Assembly (NCBI GenBank): GCA_965224085.1
Contig: CBDCYI010000005.1
Location: 1,312,001-1,376,000, forward strand
Direction of reading: 5' to 3'
Length of the DNA: 64,000 nt
Source of the DNA: Candidatus Marinacidobacterales bacterium
GTDB taxonomy: Bacteria; Acidobacteriota; Vicinamibacteria; Marinacidobacterales; SMYC01
Notes under the pieces: model-generated
What the model was told of the DNA's origin: nothing
Database searches by the model: none
What the model saw: the letters and a program-made list of their open reading frames with translations, nothing else
In this document: positions 49,492 through 60,241 of the stretch, piece by piece
Layout of the letters: every line of letters begins with the position of its first letter
How positions within the stretch are numbered: position 1 is the stretch's first letter
Position numbers and translations under genes: made by a program

Positions 49492-50255
49492 TCGGATGCC
49501 TCTAGCAGACTGCTCGACTCGTGGAAGCTCTTCCTATAGGCGCGGGCACACGTGAGATAACTTTCTGCGGTCGCGTTGCGTCGGCCGAAATAGACGAGCT
49601 CGAACGCGGCGGCGATCGTGCGGAGCGACTCCCGCATCGCGCCGCGCGCCGCCCAAATGTAGTCACGGTTGGTCAAGCCGCGGCGGTGCCGGATGAGCCC
49701 CCGTCTTTCGGTAGCACTCATGGCGCCGAGCAAGAGCTCCCGGATAGCACCTTTGTAGTCTTTTTGAGCTTGGAGTTTTTCGGCGCGCGCCCAGTATTGC
49801 TCTGGGGGCGTCTCCCCCGGCGTGGCGCCCGCCTGCACCAGGTGCGCTTGTGCATCCTCCCGCGGCAAGCTCTTCTGCCTGTGTGTTGAGAGTGCGGTTT
49901 TCAAGATGAACGCGAGCACGACGATGAGCAAAGCACCCACGAGTGCATAGACGAGAGTGTTCACGCCGACAAAACTCGTCGTCTTTGGAGCTTCCGCTTC
50001 GGGCTTGGACGCAAGCAGCTGCTCGAGCCACTCGAAGAAACGCTCGAGCCAAGAGGCGTTCTCGTCGGAGGTCTCCGGCTGGGGCTTTTCGGTGAGCCGG
50101 CGAAATTCCGGTTGCGCCATGATCGCCTCGAGCGTCTCCGTAACGACGATCGCGTCACGATACACGATGCTTTCCGCCTGCTCGTCTTGCGCAAAAGCCG
50201 CTGCCGCCGCCGTCCACACGAAGAGCCATAGCACGGCCCATCGCTCATTACGCAT
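49488..50255 (-). CDS. DUF4129-like protein
   Basis: Signal peptide, one TM, A...AIR.L, TNRDY, FE.VYFG. Confidence 0.75.
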   Translation of the reverse strand: MRNERWAVLWLFVWTAAAAAFAQDEQAESIVYRDAIVVTETLEAIMAQPEFRRLTEKPQPETSDENASWLERFFEWLEQLLASKPEAEAPKTTSFVGVNTLVYALVGALLIVVLAFILKTALSTHRQKSLPREDAQAHLVQAGATPGETPPEQYWARAEKLQAQKDYKGAIRELLLGAMSATERRGLIRHRRGLTNRDYIWAARGAMRESLRTIAAAFELVYFGRRNATAESYLTCARAYRKSFHESSSLLEASE

Positions 50256-51096
50256 GCGACAATCTCCCGGCCTCGGCATGTGACAATCTTCTGGCCTCGA
50301 CGCGAAGCTCGATCTCTACATCCCAACCTTCTTTGCGAACGCGTGCGTCCAGATAGCAGAAAAACCAAGCGAGGCGCGCGAGCGGATAGACGAGCCACCA
50401 CGTTGCGGAGAGAGCACCCACGAGCAGAGGATCGTAGGCGAGCAAGTTCGCGATGTCTTCGGCAGCAACGGCCCACGAAACTTTGGCCATCAGTATCGGC
50501 GTGGCGAATAGGAACTGCGTGCCTAAATCGAACAGCAGGAAGAGCATAACGCCGACGCAAAACGTGAAGGCTAGAATGCTCGCATAGCGGCCGCAAGTCT
50601 CCAGATAGGAGTTTCGGAGGATCTCTTCGAGGCGCTTCAGAGTCCGGGAACCGCGGAGCTGTTCGAGGATGAGTACTTCGGACAAGAAGCCGTAGCGTGT
50701 CGCCGCCGGAATGGAAAGAAGGCCCCAGCACATGACCCCGATGAGGGCATAAACGAAGCGGGCCGCGGGGAGCCAGAGAAGAAGCACCGGGAGCCGCCGG
50801 TAGGTGTGCAACAGGGCGCGTCGGATGGTGAATTCCTCGCCGAAGACGTGATGGCCCGCTCCGGCCACGACGGTGGCGCCCAGAAACGGGGACACGAAGA
50901 GAAAGAGCAGTCCCGACAGAATCCAACCGTTGCCATTGGCCGCGCCGAGCATTCCGAAGGTGACCGGAACGGCGCCGAAGATAAACGAGAGCGGGAGCAG
51001 TTTGCCGATGTGGTGCCGGTAAAACAGAATGGCGATGTCGATGCAAGCGCCGACCGATCGCGACTCGAGTGCGAGCGAAGCCTCCTCGAGCTTCAT
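50248..51096 (-). CDS. Integral membrane protein of the MoxR operon
   Basis: About 6 TM; RS.G..ID.A...Y at N-terminus and YLD.RVRKEGWD at C-terminus. Confidence 0.78.
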   Translation of the reverse strand: MKLEEASLALESRSVGACIDIAILFYRHHIGKLLPLSFIFGAVPVTFGMLGAANGNGWILSGLLFLFVSPFLGATVVAGAGHHVFGEEFTIRRALLHTYRRLPVLLLWLPAARFVYALIGVMCWGLLSIPAATRYGFLSEVLILEQLRGSRTLKRLEEILRNSYLETCGRYASILAFTFCVGVMLFLLFDLGTQFLFATPILMAKVSWAVAAEDIANLLAYDPLLVGALSATWWLVYPLARLAWFFCYLDARVRKEGWDVEIELRVEARRLSHAEAGRLSHA

Positions 51097-52079
51097 CGTG
51101 GGTCCTCCCCCCGTCCCGCGAAGCCGAGATAAGCGATCACCGCGAGCCAGAAAATGGAAGCGGCGACATATTTGACCATCGGCGGCAACGGCTGGGCGGA
51201 CCAAAAACCCTCGATCATCGCAGCGACGAAGAGCATCCCCGCAGCACCGAGAGCGAGCTGAACGGCGACGCGGCCGCGCTCGCGCAAAGAATCGACGCGC
51301 GACAGATTTCCGGGCCCGAGAATTGCGTGACCGAGCACGAGACCTGCCGCGCCCGAGACGACGATCGCGGTAAGCTCGAAGGAGCTGTGGGAGACGACGA
51401 AGCCCAGGAAACGCTCGCCGTGCCCTTGGGCGATGACATAGCCGGCTACCGTACCGATCTGAATCCCGTTCGAGAGAAGAACGTATATCGTTCCGAGACC
51501 GAGGAAGAAGCCGAGAGCAAAACACTGGAAGGCGATCGATGTGTTGTGCTTTATGTAGAAGCCCGCCATGGCCGCATCTTGGCGCTCGAAACCGCTATCC
51601 GCATCGTCATCGGATTCCGTCGAGTCGCCCTCGTACATGCTCTCCATCGCGTAGAGCACCGAGCCGGGAAGCACGCGATGCGCGAGACTCGGCTCGGAAA
51701 CGATAATGGCCCAGCTCACCGCCATGGGCACGAAGAACAACGCTGCTGCTGCCCAGAAGAAAGCTTGATTCTGTCGCAGCAGCCGCGGGAAGACGTGCGC
51801 AAAAAACGCGATCACGCGGCCGCGTTTCATGGGCTTGCCACCGTAAAACGCGCTGTGACCGCGGACGACGAGGTCGTTCAAGTAGCGTTCGATGGCCGAG
51901 CCCCAGTCACGGGACCGCACTTGTGCGAGGTCGTAACAGAGGGCGCGGAAGAGCTCCGAAAATTCACTGACTTCGTCGGGAGCGAGCTTCGGCTTTCCCG
52001 GTGCCTCGGCTCGCGTAAGAAGCGACTCGAACCGTTCCCACGCGGGTCGACGATCGCGGACAAAGCTCTGTTTGTTCAT
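51093..52079 (-). CDS. SpoIIM/DUF95-family membrane protein
   Basis: F...R...W..FE, YLN.LV...H, YI.HN..IAF..FA.G, NG...G, H...EL.AI. Confidence 0.88.
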   Translation of the reverse strand: MNKQSFVRDRRPAWERFESLLTRAEAPGKPKLAPDEVSEFSELFRALCYDLAQVRSRDWGSAIERYLNDLVVRGHSAFYGGKPMKRGRVIAFFAHVFPRLLRQNQAFFWAAAALFFVPMAVSWAIIVSEPSLAHRVLPGSVLYAMESMYEGDSTESDDDADSGFERQDAAMAGFYIKHNTSIAFQCFALGFFLGLGTIYVLLSNGIQIGTVAGYVIAQGHGERFLGFVVSHSSFELTAIVVSGAAGLVLGHAILGPGNLSRVDSLRERGRVAVQLALGAAGMLFVAAMIEGFWSAQPLPPMVKYVAASIFWLAVIAYLGFAGRGEDPR

Positions 52080-52888
52080 GCGGCGCTCGAGCCCGTGACG
52101 TCGGCCTTGCCGCCGACACGCGAGCTCCTCAAAACGCGAAACAAGAACTCGGCGGGCTGTTCGCGCGCGAATTTTCTTAGGTCGAAGGATAAGAGCCGCC
52201 GTCCCATCGGCTCGGCGAGAATCATCGCGATCTCGTCGAGCCGGGCAGAAGCGAGGTCGAGCTTGCGACAAAAAAGCGCCTCGATCGCCTCGAGCGTTTT
52301 CTCGGCCGGGCGGTAGCGGTGCTCGAACGCGTTCATCGGAAAGGGCTCGTAACTGGCAAGACCCGCGATCTCACCTTTGAGCTCCGGGCGGCGCTCACGG
52401 ATGACCATCGTGCCCGCGACCAGATCGCCGATGCGTTGCATGCGGGAGGTCGACGCCGCAGCGATGAAGCCCGCTGCGTAGAAGAGCGGAAAGAAATCAG
52501 CCGCTCGGAGAAGGTTTCGAAGCATGGCGTCGTAAAAGCTGATGGAGTAACCCTCCGTCTTGATGACACGCAGTCCGAAGATACGCTTTCCGGGCGTCTG
52601 CCCGTTCCACCACGTCTCAAAAAAACACCCATAGCCCCATTCGAGCACGAAGGCGAGAACGTAGAAGACGCCCGTCGAAAGAGCGGTGCCGGTCACCGGG
52701 GCGAGGAGAGCTCCAATGGCGATGGCCATCGCAGAGAAGATGACGACCCGTAGCGCGAAGTCCACCAAATAGGCGCCGAGCCGCATGCCGGGGCCCGCGA
52801 GGCGAAAAGCGAGACGGACGTTCTCTGGAGTCTCGAGATAGGTGCGATTGCTCAGCGGTTCGAAAGATCGATCGTCGCGAGGCTGCAT
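52076..52888 (-). CDS. RDD-family membrane protein
   Basis: TPE.V.L.F.LAG.G.R..A..VD, GQTPGKR, RNLLR, QRIGDLVAGT. Confidence 0.92.
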   Translation of the reverse strand: MQPRDDRSFEPLSNRTYLETPENVRLAFRLAGPGMRLGAYLVDFALRVVIFSAMAIAIGALLAPVTGTALSTGVFYVLAFVLEWGYGCFFETWWNGQTPGKRIFGLRVIKTEGYSISFYDAMLRNLLRAADFFPLFYAAGFIAAASTSRMQRIGDLVAGTMVIRERRPELKGEIAGLASYEPFPMNAFEHRYRPAEKTLEAIEALFCRKLDLASARLDEIAMILAEPMGRRLLSFDLRKFAREQPAEFLFRVLRSSRVGGKADVTGSSAA

Positions 52889-52986
52889 GGGCGGCGGAAA
52901 GGGAAGCTTTGACGTCTATTGTCTCACGTCGATACGAGGCGCGGGAATCGCGGGAACTAGCAGCTTGGCCGCGTCGGGCCGGCCCC

Positions 52987-53641
52987 TCAGATTTCGATGA
53001 CTTTGGTGCCGGCGATATAGTCATGAACGCAGCGCTGCTCCGCACCGAAGATGAACAGGACATCCACGAGAGCGTAGACCGGTATCTGGCGCAGCGCAGT
53101 GTTCAGCACATATCGCATCCCGAGCACGCGGGACCAGTGAGGTATTTCGCCGTCGACATGATCGACGATACGAATCTTCATCAGCTTTTTGCCAATCGTC
53201 TGATCTTCACGGATGAGGTAGGACGCTTGGACGATCCCCAAAACGAAGAGGCCGGCGAATGTTGCTGTGATCCCGAGCTCACTGACGGCTCTCTGCTCGG
53301 AAGCCGCCACCAAGATGGCGGAGCTCAGCACGGGGAGGGTGACGAGGAGGGCGCAGACATAGTCAATCATCACGGCCGCCAATCGTGCGCTGCGACTGGC
53401 GATGGCTTCAGAGACGGTGGTCGTCTGGCGCGGCGCGGAGACCGCCTCGGGTGACGCGTATGGGCGTCCCGGTCGCCGGAAGTGGCATCGGCTGTATCGC
53501 GGGTATCGCGCTGACCCGTGGTGTCGGGGCTGGTTCCAGGCCCTCCGGCGCCGCCCGGTAGCTGCCTCGCATCATCTCGACGCCACAATCCTTGCATCGG
53601 AACGACAAAGGCTGACTTGCTTGGCAGGAAGGGCAGAGCAT
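52987..53641 (-). pseudogene. Zinc-ribbon RDD-family protein, frameshifted near 53465
   Basis: MLCPSC..CKDC N-terminus in one frame; PYASPEA..ASRSARLAAVMID..QTIGKK..RCVHDYIAGT in another. Confidence 0.78.
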
Positions 53642-53653
53642 TGCTCGTAAGGA

Positions 53654-53669
53654 AGCAAGAGCGATGCCA
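53654..53669 (-). promoter_or_regulatory. Putative sigma54 promoter for the RDD/MoxR cluster
   Basis: TGGCATCGCTCTTGCT (GG-N10-GC) with AT-rich tract at about 53685-53712. Confidence 0.55.
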
Positions 53670-53843
53670 CGCGTCTTAGCGCTCTAACCTTATGGAATAA
53701 CATAACTTATTGGCCAAGCCGATAGCGGGCTATGGGAAAAAACCTACAATGGTACGAGCGCGCGGACGATTTTTACGAAAGTTATGGTCGAGCTTCATCC
53801 CCCCGCTCCTTTTCTCGCACACCGGCTCGGTTTAAGATGGGCT

Positions 53844-54524
53844 ATGGCGCGTGCAGTGTCGCTCGGCTTGTCCGTCGCGCTGGCGGCCTGCCATGCTTCG
53901 AAATCGGTCGAACAGGCATAGCGAGCGGCGAGAGCCGGTGCATGGGACGAGGCCGTTGTCTACTATGAGCGGGCTCGAGACGAGCACCCGGACAACATCG
54001 AATACCAAATGGCCCTTGATAGGGCGCGGCTCCAGGCCTCGCGTGCACATTTGAGACAAGCCCGTAAATATCTCGAAATGGACGAGCTTGACAAGAGTGA
54101 CAGGCGTAGCAGACTTGACAGGGCGGCATCGGAGCTCGAGCGGGCGATTTACTACGACCCGACGAATCGGTATGCGCATGACGACCTCGCTGAGATAGGC
54201 CGTAGCCAAGATGCGTCGCCGTCGGGGAACGTCTCGACCGACAGGTGGGCGATCTTCGAAGCCGACCGTGTGCTCGACCCGGATTCATCGAGAACCATTA
54301 GGCTGCACTTTCCGAAAGGGACGAGTTTGCGCACCGTGCTCGAGGCACTCGCGAAGCTCGCGGGCGTGAGCATCCTTTTCGACGAATCCTTTCGCGACAA
54401 AGAGGTGGCGGTGGAGCTCGATGGCGTGAGCTTTCGGGAAGCGCTCGATATCCTGATGCAGACCAACGGTCTTTTTTACCAGGCCGTCGGATCGTCTTCC
54501 GTGATGGTCTCACCACGGAAATGA
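53844..54524 (+). pseudogene. TPR + STN-domain lipoprotein (secretin N-terminus-like) with in-frame TAG
   Basis: MARAVSLGLSVALAAC lipobox; TAG at 53919-53921; WDEAV.YY.RA...P.N.EY TPR; SLRTVLEALAKLAGVSILFD..LDGVSFREALD STN-like domain. Confidence 0.75.
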
Positions 54525-54534
54525 GCCCGCTCCC

Positions 54535-55791
<1,257 letters not shown>

Positions 55792-55800
55792 TGCCTGCTC

Positions 55801-55898
55801 CCGCCTACGCGCTTCGGGCTTCGGCGAGGTCCCGACGAAGCCGGACGCTCCGGTGAGACCGAGCAGCAGGATGCAAATGATTTTTCAGCACCCTGCTA
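55801..55898. repeat. REP-like repeat plus possible collapsed MITE end
   Basis: CCGCCTACGC..GCTTCGGCGAGG (55801-55829); AGCAGGATGC...TTTTTCAGCACCCTGCTA (55865-55898) including the prmC stop. Confidence 0.5.
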
Positions 55899-56768
55899 CA
55901 GCTTCCGCGCGATGACGACTCTTGGTATGCCGGCGAGGTCGGCCACGACGCGCTCCTCTTCCATCGCGGCTTCACGCAAGAGGGCCTCGACCGCCTGGGA
56001 CTGCCCGTGGCCGATCTCCATGATGAGCACGCCTCCCGGTCTCAGAGCTCGGTGAGCCTGAGGCCCGAGCCTTCGGATCACGTCGAGGCCATCGGCGCCT
56101 CCCGACAGCGCGCTGCGCGGCTCGTGCTCCGTGACTTCGGGCTCGAGGCCCGCGAGCTCTTCGTCCGGAATGTAGGGCGGGTTGCTCACCACCGCGTCGA
56201 GATCCGCATCGGCGACGGGCTCGAGCAAGTCGCCCTCGACGAACTCGACACGTGCTGCGACGCCGTGTCGGAGCGCGTTCTCCCGCGCGATCGCAAGCGC
56301 CGCTTTCGATCGGTCGATCGCGACGAGCTCGGCATCCTCGAGTGTTTGCGCGAGAGCGATGCTGATGCAGCCACTGCCGCAGCCGATATCCGCGATCCGG
56401 GGCGCGCGCTCGTTCTTGAGCTCGAGCACCGTTTGCTCCACGACGCCTTCGGTCTCGGGGCGCGGGATAAGCACGGCCGGCGTCACGCGGAAGCTGAGCC
56501 CGTGGAACTCCTGGGTTCCGATGATGTACTGAACCGGAACCCGGCCGCGTCTTCGCTCGACGAACTGAAAGAAGTGTCCGGTAGCCTCGGCGGGAACGGG
56601 TTCCTGAAGTCGCGCTAGAAGAGACTCGCGAGAGCAGCCGAGGGCATGCCGTAGAAGCAGCTCGGCCTCGAACCCGGCCTCGGCGATGCCGGCGCGAGCG
56701 ATCTCATCCGCGCCTCGCTCGACAAGGCGCGCCGCGCTCACACTCCCGCGGTTGTCGCCGGTCGTCAC
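55896..56768 (-). CDS. prmC: Release factor glutamine methyltransferase
   Basis: VLIPRPETE, DIGCGSG, SNPPY. Confidence 0.96.
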   Translation of the reverse strand: MTTGDNRGSVSAARLVERGADEIARAGIAEAGFEAELLLRHALGCSRESLLARLQEPVPAEATGHFFQFVERRRGRVPVQYIIGTQEFHGLSFRVTPAVLIPRPETEGVVEQTVLELKNERAPRIADIGCGSGCISIALAQTLEDAELVAIDRSKAALAIARENALRHGVAARVEFVEGDLLEPVADADLDAVVSNPPYIPDEELAGLEPEVTEHEPRSALSGGADGLDVIRRLGPQAHRALRPGGVLIMEIGHGQSQAVEALLREAAMEEERVVADLAGIPRVVIARKL

Positions 56769-56770
56769 GA

Positions 56771-57856
56771 CTAGACGGTGGCCTCGGCCTCTTTGAGCTT
56801 TTCCGTTTGGTAATGGGTGACGAGCGCGTCGATCATGGTGTCGAGATTGCCGTTGAGGATGCTCGCGAGCTGGTGGAGGGTGAGATGGATGCGGTGGTCC
56901 GTCACGCGCGCCTCGCGAAAATTGTAGGTCCGGATTTTCTCGCTTCGGTCGCCGGAGCCTATTTGACCTTTGCGCTCGCTCGCTATCTGGTCCTGTTGCT
57001 CCTTGCGTGCCAGGTCGTAGAGGCGCGAGCGCAGCACGCGCATGGCCTTGGCTTTATTCTTGATCTGTGACTTCTCGTCCTGGCATGTGACGACGAGCCC
57101 CGTGGGCTTGTGCGTGAGCCGCACCGCCGAATAAGTGGTATTGACACTTTGACCACCCGGTCCGGACGAGCAGTAGGTATCGGTACGAACGTCACTTGGG
57201 TTGATGTCGATCTCGACGTCCTCGGCCTCTGGAAGCACAGCCACTGTGACGGCGGAGGTGTGGATCCGCCCTGACGCTTCGGTTGCGGGAACCCGCTGGA
57301 CGCGGTGGACACCGCTCTCGTATTTCAAACGGCTATAGGCGGCCTTGCCTTCGATCAAGGCAACGACCTCTTTGATGCCGCCGATGCCCGTCTCATTGAC
57401 GCTCATGACCTGAACTTTCCAGCGCTGCTGCTCCGCATATTGCGAGTACATGCGGAACATCTCCTGGGCAAAGAGTGCGGCCTCCTCCCCGCCGGTGCCG
57501 GCGCGAATCTCGAGGAGCACGTTGCGCTCGTCGTTCGGGTCTTTCGGGAGCAAGTTTAAGCGCAACTCTTTCGTCAGGTGCTCGAGCTCCTGCTCGAGGC
57601 GGTTGATCTCCTCCTGGGCGAGAGCTTTGAGCTCATCCTCGTCTGCCTCGGCGAGCATTTCCCGAGTCTCCACCAGCTGGCTTTTGGTGCTCTTGAGATC
57701 CCGGTACTGGCTCACGACGGGCTCGAGCTCGGCGCGCACCTTTGCCAGGCTCTGGATCTGCGCTGGGTCGGAAACGACCTCGGGCTTTCCCAGCTCGGCA
57801 GTGACTTCTATGAAGCGCTTTTCGACGGCTTCGAGCTTCTGCTCCATGTTCGACAT
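56771..57856 (-). CDS. prfA: Peptide chain release factor 1
   Basis: GTGGEEA, PAT specificity loop, GPGGQ; start 57856 or 57847. Confidence 0.97.
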   Translation of the reverse strand: MSNMEQKLEAVEKRFIEVTAELGKPEVVSDPAQIQSLAKVRAELEPVVSQYRDLKSTKSQLVETREMLAEADEDELKALAQEEINRLEQELEHLTKELRLNLLPKDPNDERNVLLEIRAGTGGEEAALFAQEMFRMYSQYAEQQRWKVQVMSVNETGIGGIKEVVALIEGKAAYSRLKYESGVHRVQRVPATEASGRIHTSAVTVAVLPEAEDVEIDINPSDVRTDTYCSSGPGGQSVNTTYSAVRLTHKPTGLVVTCQDEKSQIKNKAKAMRVLRSRLYDLARKEQQDQIASERKGQIGSGDRSEKIRTYNFREARVTDHRIHLTLHQLASILNGNLDTMIDALVTHYQTEKLKEAEATV

Positions 57857-57869
57857 GGCCTGCCGGGCG

Positions 57870-58103
57870 CTAGTTCGAGGACGCTGCCTTCTTTTTGCGT
57901 TGAACTTCGCCGTATTTCTGCTTGAACCGCTCCACGCGGCCGGCAGAGTCCACGAGTTTCTGCTTCCCGGTGAAAAACGGGTGGCATTTCGAGCAGATTT
58001 CCAGGCGGATCTCGCCGCCCTTGGTGGAACGAGTCGTGTACGTCTCCCCACAGGCGCAGCGAACGTTCACATCTTCATATTTAGGATGAATCTCAGCTTT
58101 CAT
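57870..58103 (-). CDS. rpmE: 50S ribosomal protein L31 (zinc-binding type)
   Basis: [29 protein letters not shown]. Confidence 0.97.
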   Translation of the reverse strand: MKAEIHPKYEDVNVRCACGETYTTRSTKGGEIRLEICSKCHPFFTGKQKLVDSAGRVERFKQKYGEVQRKKKAASSN

Positions 58104-58149
58104 GGCAGACTCCTGCAGTCTATAGCGCAATCCAATAGTATAGCCCAAG

Positions 58150-58231
58150 CAGTATTCAGGATTCAGGAAACTCTTGGACTGTGGTGCTCTTTCAGTCTTG
58201 AGAGTTCATGAATTTTGAATCCTGAATGCTG
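58150..58231. repeat. 82-bp hairpin element downstream of rho
   Basis: CAGTATTCAGGATTCA ... TGAATCCTGAATGCTG outer arms, AACTCT..GACTG / CAGTC..AGAGTT inner stem. Confidence 0.7.
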
Positions 58232-58232
58232 A

Positions 58233-59570
58233 TCAGCCCTGCATCGAGTTCAGGAACTCCGCATTGCTGTTCGTCTTGCCCATGCGGTCGAGCAGGAGCT
58301 CCATTGCCTCCGCCTGGGAGAGCGGGGAAAGCACCTTTCGGAGAATCCAGACGCGGGAAAGCTCGTCTTTCGAAAGCAGAAGCTCTTCTTTGCGGGTGCC
58401 GCTCTTGTTGATGTCGACTGAAGGGAAGACGCGCTTGTCGACGAGCTTCCGGTCGAGATGGATCTCCATATTGCCCGTGCCCTTGAACTCCTCGAAGATG
58501 ACGTCGTCCATCCGGCTTCCGGTCTCGATGAGCGCGGTGGCCATGATGGTGAGCGAGCCGCCCTCCTCGATGTTGCGCGCCGCACCGAAGAAACGTTTTG
58601 GTTTTTGGAGCGCGTTCGAGTCGACGCCACCGGAAAGCACTTTCCCCGACGGCGGCACGACGGTGTTGTACGCGCGCGCGAGTCGCGTGATGGAGTCGAG
58701 AAGAATCACGACGTCGCGCTTGTGCTCGACGAGACGTTTGGCTTTCTCGATGACCATCTCGGCGACTTGAACGTGTCGCTGGGCCGCCTCGTCGAACGTT
58801 GAGCTGATGACCTCGCCGTTTACCGAGCGCTCCATATCCGTGACTTCTTCGGGCCGCTCGTCGATGAGGAGGACGATGAGCACGATCTCCGGATGATTGG
58901 CGGTGATGCTGTTCGCGATGTTCTGCAAGAGCATCGTTTTGCCGGTTCTCGGAGCGGCGACGATTAATCCGCGCTGGCCTTTGCCGATCGGTGTCATTAG
59001 ATCCATGACCCGCGACGATAGATTGTCCTTCCCCGCCTCGAGGCTGATGCGATCTTGCGGATAGAGCGGCGTCAAATTGTCGAAGAAGATGCGCTCGCGC
59101 GCCGCCTCGGGCGTCTCGAAATTGACCGCCTCTACTTTGATGAGTGCAAAGTAGCGCTCGCCTTCTTTCGGCGGTCGTATCTGCCCGGAGATGGTGTCAC
59201 CGGTCCTCAGGTCGAACTTCCGAATCTGAGACGGAGAAACGTAGATGTCATCCGGGCCCGGCAAATAGTTATATTCGGGGGCGCGCAGAAAACCGAAGCC
59301 GTCCGGCAAACATTCGAGAACACCTTCGGAGAATATGAGTCCGCTCTTTTCCGTCTGCGCTTGCAGAATCTTGAAAATGAGATCTTGCTTGCGCATCGCC
59401 GTGGCGCCCACGACCCCGAGCTCTTTTGCAACTGCACCGAGGCCGGAGATATTCATCTCCTTGAGTTCGGCGATGTTCAAGGGCTTTTGCTTCTCGCTGC
59501 GAGACGGCTCTTCCGCTATCTCTTCGGTGCTCGTCTCGCCTCGCGAACGTGTCTCTCGATCACCGTCCAT
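58233..59570 (-). CDS. rho: Transcription termination factor Rho
   Basis: [32 protein letters not shown]. Confidence 0.98.
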   Translation of the reverse strand: MDGDRETRSRGETSTEEIAEEPSRSEKQKPLNIAELKEMNISGLGAVAKELGVVGATAMRKQDLIFKILQAQTEKSGLIFSEGVLECLPDGFGFLRAPEYNYLPGPDDIYVSPSQIRKFDLRTGDTISGQIRPPKEGERYFALIKVEAVNFETPEAARERIFFDNLTPLYPQDRISLEAGKDNLSSRVMDLMTPIGKGQRGLIVAAPRTGKTMLLQNIANSITANHPEIVLIVLLIDERPEEVTDMERSVNGEVISSTFDEAAQRHVQVAEMVIEKAKRLVEHKRDVVILLDSITRLARAYNTVVPPSGKVLSGGVDSNALQKPKRFFGAARNIEEGGSLTIMATALIETGSRMDDVIFEEFKGTGNMEIHLDRKLVDKRVFPSVDINKSGTRKEELLLSKDELSRVWILRKVLSPLSQAEAMELLLDRMGKTNSNAEFLNSMQG

Positions 59571-60133
59571 AGCTCTTTCCTTCCTTCATTCGTGACCGCG
59601 GAAAAAGTGATGAGGGGTACTCCCTCCTCGGTCGCATAAATTTCTTCCAAAATCGTTCTCTGCCGCTTCAGCTGGCTCTTGGACAGCTTGTCCGCTTTGG
59701 TCGCGACGACCGCATAGGGTATGCGGGCTTTGTCGAGAAGCGCTTTCACCTGGAGGTCGCTCTCCTGCGGATCGCGCCGGACGTCGATGAGAAGCAAGAC
59801 GAGGCAGAGCTCCTCTCTCTCGAACAGATAGCTCGTGACGAGCGCTTCCCAGCTCTGCCTTGTTGCGCGCGGCGCTTTGGCGAAACCGTATCCGGGAAGG
59901 TCGACGAGCATCATCTCGTCCCCCACCCGAAACCGAAAAAAATTGATGAGCTGCGTCCGGCCCGGGGTTTTCGAGACGAAGGCCATGCGCTTGACACCCG
60001 TGAGCTGGTTCAAAAGCCTGGATTTGCCTACGTTCGAACGTCCCACGGCGGCGACCTCGGGACGGTCGGGCTTCGGGAAATCGCCCGCGGACGCGGCGCT
60101 CCGGACGAATTCCACCGAGGGCGTCTTCATCAT
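59516..60133 (-). CDS. engB: Ribosome biogenesis GTPase YihA/EngB
   Basis: [24 protein letters not shown]. Confidence 0.96.
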   Translation of the reverse strand: MMKTPSVEFVRSAASAGDFPKPDRPEVAAVGRSNVGKSRLLNQLTGVKRMAFVSKTPGRTQLINFFRFRVGDEMMLVDLPGYGFAKAPRATRQSWEALVTSYLFEREELCLVLLLIDVRRDPQESDLQVKALLDKARIPYAVVATKADKLSKSQLKRQRTILEEIYATEEGVPLITFSAVTNEGRKELWTVIERHVREARRAPKR

Positions 60134-60241
60134 GACCATTGATCTCGATCGTTTCGTTCATGGAGAAATGAGAACTCCAGGCAGCCCCAAACTAATAGAA
60201 TCAGGTTGTTCAAAAACACGACCCGTGCGAGCCGCGATGTT

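Noticed and set aside
53919-53921. Amber recoding (pyrrolysine or alternative code)
   Set aside because: TAG ends many core genes here (secD, secF, dxr, uppS, prfA, lon) and RF1 is intact; a nonsense mutation is simpler
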